A DNA stretch of 64,000 nucleotides. Origin: an uncultured Holophagales bacterium. GTDB lineage: Bacteria; Acidobacteriota; Thermoanaerobaculia; Multivoradales; UBA5704. Location: positions 384,001 to 448,000 of the forward strand of contig CAWJGT010000001.1 of assembly GCA_963842525.1 (NCBI GenBank), in the 5' to 3' direction. The translations under genes and the position numbers were made by a program. A model generated the notes under the pieces. That model made no database searches. It worked only from the letters and a program-made list of their open reading frames with translations, and was not told the origin of the DNA. Position 1 is the stretch's first letter, and the number at the start of each line of letters is the position of its first letter. Below are positions 42,582-55,356 of this stretch, one piece after another.

Positions 42582-42643
42582 AAGGAGGCTACGCAAACGA
42601 AAAGGGCGTTTCGGGCGTATAAGGGGCTCAGGGAGGATGGAAC

Positions 42644-43171
42644 ATGCGCAGGTATTTTCTTGTCGCCGCGATCGCCGCAATCCTTGGCGCCCTGGTGATG
42701 TCGCAGCCGCCGGTGGTCGCGGACGGCCCGGATCAAGTTGCCGTGACGAACTTCCCCGAGGTCCAGCGGGTCGTGGTGAAGGACCAGACGCGGTTCGAAA
42801 CCAGGAAGGCGGTCGCTGCTCCCATCGACTTGTCGGACGTAAGCCACCTGACGGAGGCGGGGACTCTCGAGGCCTCCGGCTTCACGCACGTCACATTGAG
42901 TCTGTCCGGCAGTCTACAGGGGAGCGCCCAGGCTGGAGCCGTGGGCGTTGTCCTGGTGCCCGATGTCTCGGAAGTCACCACGGCGCTCCGGAATGGCGTC
43001 TTGCAGCTCGGCCTGCGCGCGGAGGCGACTGTGAGCCCGGCGCAGGGAGGGTATTTCAGCTCGGAATCGGTGACGCTCCGGCTCGGCTTCCCGCGATACA
43101 GAGTGCTCCTGTACAACTCGACGTCGAAATCGGCGGATGCAACGGTGTATGCCTACCTGAGCACGTCGTAG
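42644..43171 (+). CDS. Secreted hypothetical protein
   Basis: GGAGG RBS, signal peptide, beta-rich mature region (VAVTNFP). Confidence 0.7.
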   Translation: MRRYFLVAAIAAILGALVMSQPPVVADGPDQVAVTNFPEVQRVVVKDQTRFETRKAVAAPIDLSDVSHLTEAGTLEASGFTHVTLSLSGSLQGSAQAGAVGVVLVPDVSEVTTALRNGVLQLGLRAEATVSPAQGGYFSSESVTLRLGFPRYRVLLYNSTSKSADATVYAYLSTS

Positions 43172-43209
43172 CCTGAGCCGCCTGGCCGAGCCTGTGTAGA
43201 CTCCCTTCC

Positions 43210-44406
43210 GTGCCTGCGATCGATCCGCGCCTGTCGAGACGCTTTGCCTGGGAACATCCGTTGAACCGCCTGACGCAGGCAGTAGCGGAGCGATCGGCCA
43301 GCGGCCTGCCGACGATCGACCTCACGGAGACGAACCCGACGCGGGTCGGGCTTGCCTATCCGGAAGACGAGCTGGCCGAGCTCCTGCGCCGTGGCGCGGC
43401 CTCGGCCCATGACCCGCACCCCCGGGGGATCCTGGAGGCACGCGAGGCTGTTGCCGCCGCCCTCTCCCGGCCGGACGATCCGGTGTCGCCGGACGACCTC
43501 GTCCTGACCGCCTCGACGAGCGAGTCCTACTCCTATTTGTTCAAGCTTTTCGGCGACCCGGGAGACGAGGTGCTGACTGCCGCGCCGTCGTATCCGCTGC
43601 TCGACAGCCTCGCCGCTTTGGACTCGCTCGTCCTGCGCCATTTCCACCGGCGGCCGGGTTGGCCCATCGATCCGGAGACGGTCGAGCTCGCCTTGACGCC
43701 GCGGACGCGGCTCCTTGCCGTGGTCCATCCGGGGAATCCGACCGGCGCTTTCCTTTCGGCTGCGGAGCAGGCAGCTCTTGCCACCCTTTGCGCCGCGCGC
43801 GGCCTGCCGCTGATCTCGGACGAGGTCTTCGCCGACTACGTCCTCGGGGCCGTGTCGGGCCGTGCCGGTCCGGCGGCTGCGGCGTCCGGCGAGGCCCTCT
43901 CGTTTTCGCTCGGCGGGCTTTCCAAGAGCGCCGGCCTGCCCTCGTGGAAGCTGGGCTGGATCCGCGCCGGCGGCCCTCCCGGCCTCCGCCGCCGGACCTT
44001 GGCCGCCCTGGAAATGGTGGCTGACAGCTATCTCTCGGTGGCGACTCCGGTCCAGCGGGCCCTCCCGGGGGTGTTGGGCCTCGCTCCGCGCATCCGTGCA
44101 GCGATCCTCGAACGGCTGCGGGGCAACCTCACCGTGCTCCGCGCGGAGCTGGCCGGCCATCCAGGTGTCGAGCTGCTCGAGCCCGAGGGAGGGTGGTCGG
44201 CCGCGGTCCGGTTCTCCCGCCCGGTCTCCGATGAAGATCTGGTCCTTGAGCTGTTGGAGCGCGCCGGAGTCCTCGTCCATCCCGGCTACTTCTTCGACTT
44301 CGCGACGGACGACTTCCTCGTTCTCTCTCTCCTTCCCGAGCCGGATCGTTTTGCCGAGGGAATCCGCCGCCTCGCTGGCTGTCTTTTGACGGAGCCCTGC
44401 GCATGA
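43210..44406 (+). CDS. PLP-dependent aminotransferase class I/II
   Basis: HPGNPTG, ISDEVF, GGLSKSAGLPSWKLGW, GVLVHPGYFF. Confidence 0.92.
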   Translation: MPAIDPRLSRRFAWEHPLNRLTQAVAERSASGLPTIDLTETNPTRVGLAYPEDELAELLRRGAASAHDPHPRGILEAREAVAAALSRPDDPVSPDDLVLTASTSESYSYLFKLFGDPGDEVLTAAPSYPLLDSLAALDSLVLRHFHRRPGWPIDPETVELALTPRTRLLAVVHPGNPTGAFLSAAEQAALATLCAARGLPLISDEVFADYVLGAVSGRAGPAAAASGEALSFSLGGLSKSAGLPSWKLGWIRAGGPPGLRRRTLAALEMVADSYLSVATPVQRALPGVLGLAPRIRAAILERLRGNLTVLRAELAGHPGVELLEPEGGWSAAVRFSRPVSDEDLVLELLERAGVLVHPGYFFDFATDDFLVLSLLPEPDRFAEGIRRLAGCLLTEPCA

Positions 44407-45362
44407 CAAAGCTACGCTGTGCCATCCTGGACGACTACCAGCATGCCGCGCTGAGCCAGGCCGACTGGCCCTCGATCTCCGATGCGGTGGAGGTCCGGCC
44501 GTTCCATGAGCATTTCGCGAGCGAGGAGGACCTCGTCGCTGCGATCGGTGATTGCCAGATCGTCGTGATCATGCGCGAACGTACGCCGTTCCGCGCGTCG
44601 CTCTTCGCGCGTCTGCCCGAGCTGAGGCTGCTCGTCACCACGGGGATGCGGAACGCGTCGATCGACCTTGCCGCCGCGGCGGCGCACGGAGTGGTCGTCT
44701 GCGGCACGGCGAGCCGGTCCGAGCCTCCTGTGGAGCTCACCTGGGCTCTGATCCTGGGTCTCGCGCGGAGCCTCGTGCCGGAGAACGTCGCGTTCCGCGG
44801 CAAGGGTCCCTGGCAGAGCACGGTCGGGATGAACCTGCAGGGCAGCCGGCTCGGCCTCCTGGGGCTCGGGAAGATCGGCAGCCGGGTGGCACGCGTCGGG
44901 ATCGCCTTCGGCATGGAGGTGGCGGCCTGGAGCCAGAACCTGACCCGGGAGCGGACCGAGGCCGCCGGCGTGCATCTGGCGGCCTCGAAGGAGGAGCTGC
45001 TCGAGAGCAGCGATTTCGTCTCGATCCACCTCGTGCTCGGCGAACGGACGAGAGGCCTGATCGGCGCCGCGGAGCTCCGGCGCATGCGCCCGTCGGCCTA
45101 TCTGATCAACACCTCGCGCGCCCAGATCGTGGATCGGGACGCCCTCGTCGAAGCTCTACGGAATGAGTGGATCGCCGGTGCGGGTCTCGACGTCTTCGAG
45201 ATCGAGCCTCTGCCGGAGGACGACGTCCTCCGCTCCCTCCCCAACGTCCTCGCCACGCCGCACCTGGGGTATGTGACACAAGGGAACTACCGGACGTACT
45301 TTCGCGAAGCCGTGGAAGACATCCAGGCCTTCCTGGCCGGCTCGCCGATCCGGACGCTGTAG
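44403..45362 (+). CDS. D-2-hydroxyacid dehydrogenase family protein
   Basis: AILDDYQ, MRERT, GLGKIG, INTSRA, GLDVF, TPHLGY. Confidence 0.93.
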   Translation: MTKLRCAILDDYQHAALSQADWPSISDAVEVRPFHEHFASEEDLVAAIGDCQIVVIMRERTPFRASLFARLPELRLLVTTGMRNASIDLAAAAAHGVVVCGTASRSEPPVELTWALILGLARSLVPENVAFRGKGPWQSTVGMNLQGSRLGLLGLGKIGSRVARVGIAFGMEVAAWSQNLTRERTEAAGVHLAASKEELLESSDFVSIHLVLGERTRGLIGAAELRRMRPSAYLINTSRAQIVDRDALVEALRNEWIAGAGLDVFEIEPLPEDDVLRSLPNVLATPHLGYVTQGNYRTYFREAVEDIQAFLAGSPIRTL

Positions 45363-45363
45363 G

Positions 45364-45493
45364 CCCCCCTCCCCCGACCCCTCCCCCGCGCGGCCACCGC
45401 CCCCCACCCCGAGCGGGAGAGGGGCACCACCACCCGGTTTCCTTGTGCTTCCCCCTCTCCCGTTCTACGGGAGAGGGGGCCAGGGGGAGAGGG
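45364..45493. repeat. Palindromic element between convergent genes
   Basis: CCCCCTCCCCCGACCCCTCCCCCG...CGGGAGAGGGGGCCAGGGGGAGAGGG. Confidence 0.85.
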
Positions 45494-45494
45494 T

Positions 45495-45824
45495 CTACCC
45501 GACGTCTTCCAGCGGCTCGAGGTGACCGGTGCCCTGCAGGCTGGCGAGGTCGATCGTGCCGTGGAAACGGACCTTCGTGTAGTCCAGGGTCAGCTCTCCG
45601 ACGATTTTGACGCTCCCGGTCCCGTTCTCGAAGTCGGCGCCGCTCAGGTCGCTCCGCTCCTTGTCGAGCGGGATGCCGAGCTCGGTGCCGCCCCGGGTCT
45701 GGGTGAACTTGCAATGGACATAGCCACGGTCGATGGCGGCCTTGAACGCTGGGAGCGTCGGTTCCGGCCGCAGGCTCGCGATGATCTCCTGCTCCTGGGT
45801 CAGACGCTGGACGAGGTCATTCAT
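45495..45824 (-). CDS. Conserved small protein of the family often annotated as MbtH-domain-associated
   Basis: GYVHCKFTQTRGGTELG...LTLDYTKVR...IDLASLQGTGHL; AGGAGG RBS. Confidence 0.65.
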   Translation of the reverse strand: MNDLVQRLTQEQEIIASLRPEPTLPAFKAAIDRGYVHCKFTQTRGGTELGIPLDKERSDLSGADFENGTGSVKIVGELTLDYTKVRFHGTIDLASLQGTGHLEPLEDVG

Positions 45825-45870
45825 ACGCGCTCCTCCTGAAGGAGAGTTGACGGCGCGTCAGCTTAGCAGA

Positions 45871-45970
45871 GGAGAGGGCAGGGGGCGAACCTTGCCTCGA
45901 ACGCTCCGCCTGCGTCCCCCCTCTCCCGGGGGAAGGGAGAGCGATGGGAGAGGGGGACAGGGGGTGAGGC
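45871..45970. repeat. Palindromic element lacking its left arm
   Basis: CCCCCTCTCCC...GCGATGGGAGAGGGGGACAGGGGGTGAGGC. Confidence 0.75.
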
Positions 45971-46492
45971 TCAGATCCGGACCAGCTCGGAGCCGCTGTG
46001 CAGCGAGACGCCGTTCGGGCGGCGGGCGTCGAGCGGCGGGCTCAGGGGACGGCGGAGCTGCTCTTCGCCGAAGAGGCGGCGCAAGAATTTCATCGCCTCC
46101 TCCTCGACCAGCTCGGGCCGCAGCTCGGAGACAGGCACCTTCCGGCTCAGCAGCCCAAAGCCCACCCCCTCGTGGGTGATGCGGACCACCTGGGCTGCAT
46201 CGTCGCTATAGAAGAGCAGCGAGCGCTCGAAGTCCTCCCAGCGGTCCAGCTTGATGCGCAGCCCCGCGGCCGTCAGCCGGTGGAAGATGGAGGCCGACTC
46301 CACCTTGCCGACCATCAGGTCCTTGATCTCCTCGAGCACCGGGACGATCGTGGACCGCACGGCGCGGCTGAACAACTCGCGGAAAGGCTCGTTCTGCCGC
46401 AGGAAACCCTCCGGACGCATCCTCTTCTCCTCCAGCATCTCCTCATGGCGCCTGAGCAGTTGCTGAAGGCGTTCGGCATTGGCTTTGTTCAT
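45971..46492 (-). CDS. Hypothetical protein
   Basis: ATG 46492 after GGAGGAG; MNKANAERLQQLLRRHEE. Confidence 0.7.
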   Translation of the reverse strand: MNKANAERLQQLLRRHEEMLEEKRMRPEGFLRQNEPFRELFSRAVRSTIVPVLEEIKDLMVGKVESASIFHRLTAAGLRIKLDRWEDFERSLLFYSDDAAQVVRITHEGVGFGLLSRKVPVSELRPELVEEEAMKFLRRLFGEEQLRRPLSPPLDARRPNGVSLHSGSELVRI

Positions 46493-46563
46493 CGAGTGGC
46501 TCCTCCCCCCGGGAGCAGGCTTGAGAGCCTGTCTGGGGGCTAGTGGTCTCGGACATTCGGCAA

Positions 46564-46579
46564 TGCCAATCTCGTGCCA
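46564..46579 (-). promoter_or_regulatory. Possible sigma54 promoter
   Basis: Minus strand TGGCACGAGATTGGCA (GG-N10-GC), about 70 nt upstream of 46492. Confidence 0.5.
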
Positions 46580-46606
46580 CGAGGGATGGGGTAGACTCCC
46601 GGCCCG

Positions 46607-49855
<3,249 letters not shown>

Positions 49856-49925
49856 AGCAGGCGGGCCGCGCAATCCTTGCTGGTCCTGCCATCCGTCACT
49901 ACAATCGGCTCTGCCGAGATCAGAG

Positions 49926-50462
49926 ATGGATGCACTCAAGCTGAGGCAGATTTTCGAAAAGCTCGATCAGGCCCTCGAGCATCCGACCGAGCTGCTCATT
50001 CGAGGGGGGGCAGCCGCGCTCGCTCACGGGTTGGAGCAGCGAGTGACCATCGACATCGATGTCCTGCCGGCCTCCCGTTTCATCGAGGCGGATCTGCGTC
50101 GGGCCTGCGCCGCAGCAGGCCTCGGCTTCAACCCGTCGGATAAGGATTTCGCGGAGCAAGACTATCTCGAGGTCGTACCCGAGGAGACGCTGATCCTCCC
50201 GCGTCCGGACCCGGAGCGAGGCTATAACACGATCTTCCGCGGTCTGCGCCTCACCGTCAAGACGCCTCCTGCCGCCGACCTCGTGATTGGCAAGCTGAAG
50301 CGGCTCGATTCCGAGGATTTCGCAGACGTCGCGTTCCTGATCAAGAATTTCCGGTTGACCAGGGCCGACCTCGAGGAATCCTTCGACCGGTTGCCGGCAC
50401 GCTTCAAGGCCGATCCCGTGGTGCAGGACAACCTCCGCTTCGTCATGGAGGATCTCCGGTGA
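49926..50462 (+). CDS. Nucleotidyltransferase, DUF6036/AbiEii-like
   Basis: IRGGAAALA...RVTIDIDV; DLVIGKL.R...D..D. Confidence 0.72.
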   Translation: MDALKLRQIFEKLDQALEHPTELLIRGGAAALAHGLEQRVTIDIDVLPASRFIEADLRRACAAAGLGFNPSDKDFAEQDYLEVVPEETLILPRPDPERGYNTIFRGLRLTVKTPPAADLVIGKLKRLDSEDFADVAFLIKNFRLTRADLEESFDRLPARFKADPVVQDNLRFVMEDLR

Positions 50463-50898
50463 GCGAGGAAACGGATCGGCCTTCGCGCTGGCAGGCAGTT
50501 CTCGATCAGATGTTCGAGGAGCTCCGCTCCGGGGCGCCGCGGGCGGAGACGTATTGGGCGCAGCAGCTTGCGTTCGGGCCTGTGTTTTTCTATGCCGTCG
50601 TCCTCGCGGTCCGTAAGGTGCCATTCCGCCGGACGATCTGGCGCGCCTCCGGCTGGTGCTTCCTTTGGCGCTCTCGCTGCTCGGAGCGCTGCCCGACGGG
50701 AGCGACGGGGACCCTGCCAGTCTGCGCTTGCTGGCGCGCCGGCAGGCTCAGGCGCTGGAGCTCGGCCGCCGCCAACATCTCATCAGGCTCGCTGCGCGTC
50801 TCGGTCTGGAGATCTCGAGCCCGCCGTATGACCCAGTCCCCAGACGGTTGCAGCGGCCCTATGAGCTGATCGGCTGGCGGCCTCCTACCCGCACGTGA
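50459..50898 (+). CDS. Hypothetical partner of the nucleotidyltransferase (probably frameshifted)
   Basis: GTGA overlap; ORFs 50459-50869 and 50656-50898 appear to be one gene. Confidence 0.45.
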
Positions 50899-51316
50899 AC
50901 GGCTTCTGTGCCGTCGCCGATACCGCCGGATTCGAACAGGGCATGACCTCGGTCGCCGGGGAAGGGATGAGCTTGTTGCCGCCGGCCGAGTCTGCATCGT
51001 AGAGGACCTGCATCACCGGGGAGCCGGCTTTCCGGGCGAGGCCGATCATGACCCGTGAGTCGATGCCGCGGACTTCGAAGGCGACGCGGAAGGGCTTGCC
51101 GCCGCGTAGCGCCGCGTCGGTGCAAGCCACCGCAGCAGACCGGTCCTGACCGCGCCGGACCATGCCGCAATCGAGGGACTCGGGACCTGCAATCTGGGCC
51201 AGCTCCCGGCGCATCGGCCCATTCGAGCGGACGGAGAGCGTCCAGGTGGCGAAGAGCACGCCGGCCGCAACGGCCAAGCCGGTGAGCAGGGTCGACAGAT
51301 GGCGCGAAGCAGGCAT
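50885..51316 (-). CDS. Exported small Cys-containing protein
   Basis: N-terminal TM/signal; LDCG...VACTDAA...RGIDS. Confidence 0.6.
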   Translation of the reverse strand: MPASRHLSTLLTGLAVAAGVLFATWTLSVRSNGPMRRELAQIAGPESLDCGMVRRGQDRSAAVACTDAALRGGKPFRVAFEVRGIDSRVMIGLARKAGSPVMQVLYDADSAGGNKLIPSPATEVMPCSNPAVSATAQKPFTCG

Positions 51317-51403
51317 GGCGGGGTCTCTCCGCAGAGGAAACGCAGGAGACCCCGAAACCTTACCTCGCGCCATCCGGTGATCAACAGGGCGGTTTGCTCC
51401 ACC

Positions 51404-53428
51404 CTAGATCACCCGCGCCACCGCGGGAAGCCGCCTGAGGGCGGCGGTCGCAGCCCAGCTCAGGACCACTGCACCCAGGAACACGAGGGCCCCTTTCGTC
51501 AAGCCGGACAGCGGCGCCTTCAGAAGGAGATACTGCAGCCAGCTCACGAAAGCGTAGTGCAGGAGGTAGATCCCGAAGGCGTTCCTGCGGAGGCTTTCGA
51601 AGACCCGGCCGTTTCCCTTCCCGAACCGTACGAAGAGTGCGAGGAAAGCAAATCCGGACGCGGCGCAGGACAGCGCGAAGGAGAGCCCTCCGGCGATCTC
51701 CCAACCCCTTGACCCCACGTGAGACGTCGCGGTCACGACCATGGCGATGACCAGGACGAACGCGACCAGAGCGGCGGACAGCCACAGAAACCAGCGCCGC
51801 GCCAGTCTGCCGTCCGGCGCCAGCAGGCCCTTCTGAAGGCCGTAGGCGCCGACTCCGATGCCGGCCAGGAAATAGACCGCGTAGTGGAAGAAGCGGCTCG
51901 TCTGGAAAAAGAACGGTCCGACCGCGGTCCAAGCGATCGGATTGAAGGCGATCGCCATGGGGAGATAGGCGGCGGCCGAGACGGCGACCAGGAGCCCGAA
52001 GAAGAGGGCCGGACGGCGCCAAGCACCCGCCGCCAGCCGGCCGAGACGGTCGCCCCAGCGCGGCATCAGCAGGAACAGACCGGCGGCGACCGCGTCGAAC
52101 GCCAGCAGGACCCAGAGGAACCATGCGGGGCCGGCCGGCCAGTCGCCGAGGGACCGCCACTGCTGCCAGAAGGACGCGGAGCCGGGGCCGGCGCCCGTTT
52201 GCAGATACGCCGGAAAGTAGGCGAGCGGCGCGAGCACGGCCGCGGCCACGAGGAAGGGCAGGCCGAGACGGAGCGCACGGTCCTTCAGAAAGACCGCGCT
52301 CCCCTTGCGCTGCAGGCTGCTCCACACGAACAGCCCGGAGAGGAAGAACATCAGCGACATGAAGAAGACGTCGTTGAACCCCACGAGCAGGCTGAACCCC
52401 GACCACCGCTGGCTGTCGACGATCGGAAACGCCTGCCACCATCGCGGCTCTGCCACGAGAGAGGCCGGCGGCGGCGGGGCAAAGGGGTGATAGGCGAGCA
52501 CGGCATGGTGCGCCACCACCATCATGGTGATGACGGCCCGCAGATTGCCGACGGCCACGTTCGTGACCCTGGCAGTCCCGGGAGCCTCGACCACAGTCTC
52601 GCTCGCGGCCTCCACGGGCTCCGCGGGCTTTTCCGGGGCCAGCCGCCGGAGCGCGACGAAGCCGCACAGCACGGTCACGCCGGCAAGGACTGCCACATGG
52701 ATCAGCGCATTGCCCGGGCCACCCATGGCGGTGAACACGAGCTGTTGCAGGTGGTAGGCGGGCCAGGCGGGCGCCAAGGCCTGCAGGCCCTGCGGCAACG
52801 GGTAGAACAGACCCGAGAGATGCAGCATCGGAATGTAGATGAGGTTCACGAAAGCCGGCGCGCTCCGCAAGGAGGCCCAGGTCCCGATCAACAGCCCAAT
52901 CGCGCAGAACGGCACGGCTCCCAGGATGCCGATCAGCGCGACCCCCACGACCCGGCCGGCGGTCAGCGTCAGGTGGCCGAGCGTGAGCGCGGCGGGGATC
53001 AGGGTCGCCATGACGATCGCCGCGAACAGCATCGACATGAGCACCTTGGCGAGGAGATAGGCCGCGGCCGGCATCGGCAGCGCGCGCTTGAGCCGGAGGA
53101 GCCCCTGCTCGCGCTCGGTCGCCACGTAGATGCCGAACCCGAACATGCCCGGTCCGATGATGCCGAAGACGGCAAAACCGGTGAAGAAGAAGGCTGCGAC
53201 TGCCGGATCCTTGCGAGCGGCCTCGCCGGCGATGAGCACGGCGAACAGCAGGTAGAGGAGGACCGGCATGCCGAGGAAGGGGATCGCGAAGCCCGGCGCA
53301 CGGAGCATGCGCACGCATTCATACCGGGCCTCGGTGAGATAGGCGCGCAACAGCCGGCCGGCGGGGATGTCGGAGCTCAGCGCCTGCTCGGTGCCGAGGT
53401 TCAGAGAGGTCGAGGTCGCAGCGTTCAT
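51404..53428 (-). CDS. ABC-2 exporter permease fused to an acyltransferase-3 (OpgC/MdoC-like) domain
   Basis: Permease motifs EREQGLLRLKRALP and LSGLFYP; linker; NLRAVITMMVVAHH, FFMSLMFFLSG, RALRLGLP, GPAWFL, FGIYLLH. Confidence 0.85.
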   Translation of the reverse strand: MNAATSTSLNLGTEQALSSDIPAGRLLRAYLTEARYECVRMLRAPGFAIPFLGMPVLLYLLFAVLIAGEAARKDPAVAAFFFTGFAVFGIIGPGMFGFGIYVATEREQGLLRLKRALPMPAAAYLLAKVLMSMLFAAIVMATLIPAALTLGHLTLTAGRVVGVALIGILGAVPFCAIGLLIGTWASLRSAPAFVNLIYIPMLHLSGLFYPLPQGLQALAPAWPAYHLQQLVFTAMGGPGNALIHVAVLAGVTVLCGFVALRRLAPEKPAEPVEAASETVVEAPGTARVTNVAVGNLRAVITMMVVAHHAVLAYHPFAPPPPASLVAEPRWWQAFPIVDSQRWSGFSLLVGFNDVFFMSLMFFLSGLFVWSSLQRKGSAVFLKDRALRLGLPFLVAAAVLAPLAYFPAYLQTGAGPGSASFWQQWRSLGDWPAGPAWFLWVLLAFDAVAAGLFLLMPRWGDRLGRLAAGAWRRPALFFGLLVAVSAAAYLPMAIAFNPIAWTAVGPFFFQTSRFFHYAVYFLAGIGVGAYGLQKGLLAPDGRLARRWFLWLSAALVAFVLVIAMVVTATSHVGSRGWEIAGGLSFALSCAASGFAFLALFVRFGKGNGRVFESLRRNAFGIYLLHYAFVSWLQYLLLKAPLSGLTKGALVFLGAVVLSWAATAALRRLPAVARVI

Positions 53429-54319
53429 GACGGGTTCTCCTGGGTCAGCTCAGCAAAGGCTTCGGCGAGACCGGCGCGGCGGACCTCCAGCCTCGTCAGG
53501 TCCGGATCGGAGGCCAGCAGCCGCTCCACGACGGCTTCGCAATGGCGGGTCGTGACGTGCAGGCCGTGCCGGTCGCGGCTCACCTCGTCCACGTCGGGCC
53601 AGGTCCGGACCTCTTCCACCGTCAGGGTCGTGCGGCACGTGATCTGCTGGCACGCCACGAGAGCGCGCACCTCGTCCACGGTGCCGGACGCGATCAGGCG
53701 CCCCTTGCCGAGGACCGCCACCCGGTCGGCCAGCGCCTCGGCCTCTTCGAGGTAGTGGGTGGTGAGGACGATCGAGGCTCCCTGGTCGACGAGATCGCGC
53801 AGCGTCGTCCCACAGCAGCTCCCGCGCCTGCAGATCGAGCCCGACCGTGGGCTCGTCGAGGAACAGGAGCTGCGGCCGGCCGACGACCGCCATCGCAAGC
53901 TGCACCTGGCGCTTCTGCCCTCCCGAGAGCTTGCCGTAAGGGCGACGGGCCAGCGCCGTGATGTGGGTCTTCGCCAGGACGGCGTCGACGTCCAGCGGCG
54001 CCGGGTAATAGCTCGCGACGAGGTCGACCTGCTCGCGGACGCGCAGCTCCGGCGCCAGATAGACCTCCTGCATCATCACACCGGTCCGGCGCCGGGCCGC
54101 GAGGGTCGTCGGCGACTGGCCGAAGAGGCGTGCGGTGCCGGCGTCCGGATGCTGCAATCCCAGGAGCAGCGAGATCGCGGTCGTCTTGCCGGCGCCGTTC
54201 GGACCGAGGACGGCCAGCAGCTCCCGGTGCCCCACCTCCAGGTCGAGCCCGTCCAGCGCGACCGTGCTGCCATATCGCTTGTGTACGCCTGACAGCTCTG
54301 CCAAGCATGGATCGTTCAT
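53425..54319 (-). CDS. ABC exporter ATPase (frameshift near 53806)
   Basis: GPNGAGKTT, LSGGQKR, FLDEPTVGLD, then LTTHYLEEAEALADR. Confidence 0.9.
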
Positions 54320-54437
54320 GATGGATCTCCTTTTGGCCGGCCGTTGCAAGCCGTCCTGATCCGAGCATGACACCGGCGCGGGTCCTGCCGGAAGCGAAAT
54401 TTGACGAGCTGGCCCGGCGGAGTGACGAACGGGCAGA

Positions 54438-54589
54438 ACCCTCTCCCCCTACCCCCTCTCCCGTGCGTCCCCCTATCCTCCACCCCGAACGGGAGAGGGG
54501 GAATGGCTTTTTCTTTTCAGGGTGGAGGCGCCCTCTCCCGCTCGGGGTGGGTGGCTGGTGGACGCGCGGGGGAGGGAAGGGGAGGGGGT
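54438..54589. repeat. Palindromic element at the LytTR stop
   Basis: ACCCTCTCCCCCTACCCCCTCTCCCG...GGGGAGGGAAGGGGAGGGGGT. Confidence 0.8.
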
Positions 54590-55356
54590 CAGAACGGGTT
54601 GTCCGTCAGGGCCTTCAGCTTTTCGTTGTAGGTGCGGCCGGACCGCAGGCGGACGTCGTTGTGCAGGGTGACCACGTACTCGCCGTGCAGGGCCGGCTCG
54701 AGCTCCTTGATCCGGCCGACGTTGACCAGGATCGAGCGGTGGATGCGGACGAAGGTGTCGGGATCGAGGGATTTCTCCAGTGTGCTCAGGGCCACATGGA
54801 CCAGGTGCGACGCCCGGCCGATGTGCAGCTTGACGTAGTTCTCCGCGGCCTCGATCCAGTCCACGTCGCCGATGTCGACGAAAACGGTCTTGCCGGCCGA
54901 ACGGACCGCCAGCCGCTTCACGGAGCGGTGCGGCGCGGCGATCGTTTCAAGGAGCGACAGGATCTGCCGGCTGGCCTCTCCTCCGGGCTGCGCCTGCAGG
55001 CGCTCCTTGGCCCGGCCGAGCGCCTGGGCGAAACGCTCCCGGGTGACCGGTTTGAGCAGATAGTCGATGGCGTTGATCTCGAACGCCCGGATCGCGTATT
55101 TGTCGTGCGCCGTGACGAAGACGACCGCGGGCATCCGCTCGGCGCCGATCTCCTGGACCACCGAAAACCCGTCCATCTCCGGCATCTGTATGTCCAGGAA
55201 GACGAGGTCTGGCCGCGTCCTGCCGAGGGCCGCGACCGCCTCGCGGCCGTCCTTCGCCTCATGGATGACCGCAAAGTCCGGGTCTTCGGAGAGCAGCATG
55301 CGCAGGCCTTCGCGCGCCAGCGGCTCGTCATCGACGATCAGCGTGGTCCAGGGCAT
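54589..55356 (-). CDS. LytTR-family response regulator
   Basis: IVDDEPLAR, FLDIQMP, FVTAHD, DYLLKP, FVRIHRS. Confidence 0.95.
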   Translation of the reverse strand: MPWTTLIVDDEPLAREGLRMLLSEDPDFAVIHEAKDGREAVAALGRTRPDLVFLDIQMPEMDGFSVVQEIGAERMPAVVFVTAHDKYAIRAFEINAIDYLLKPVTRERFAQALGRAKERLQAQPGGEASRQILSLLETIAAPHRSVKRLAVRSAGKTVFVDIGDVDWIEAAENYVKLHIGRASHLVHVALSTLEKSLDPDTFVRIHRSILVNVGRIKELEPALHGEYVVTLHNDVRLRSGRTYNEKLKALTDNPF

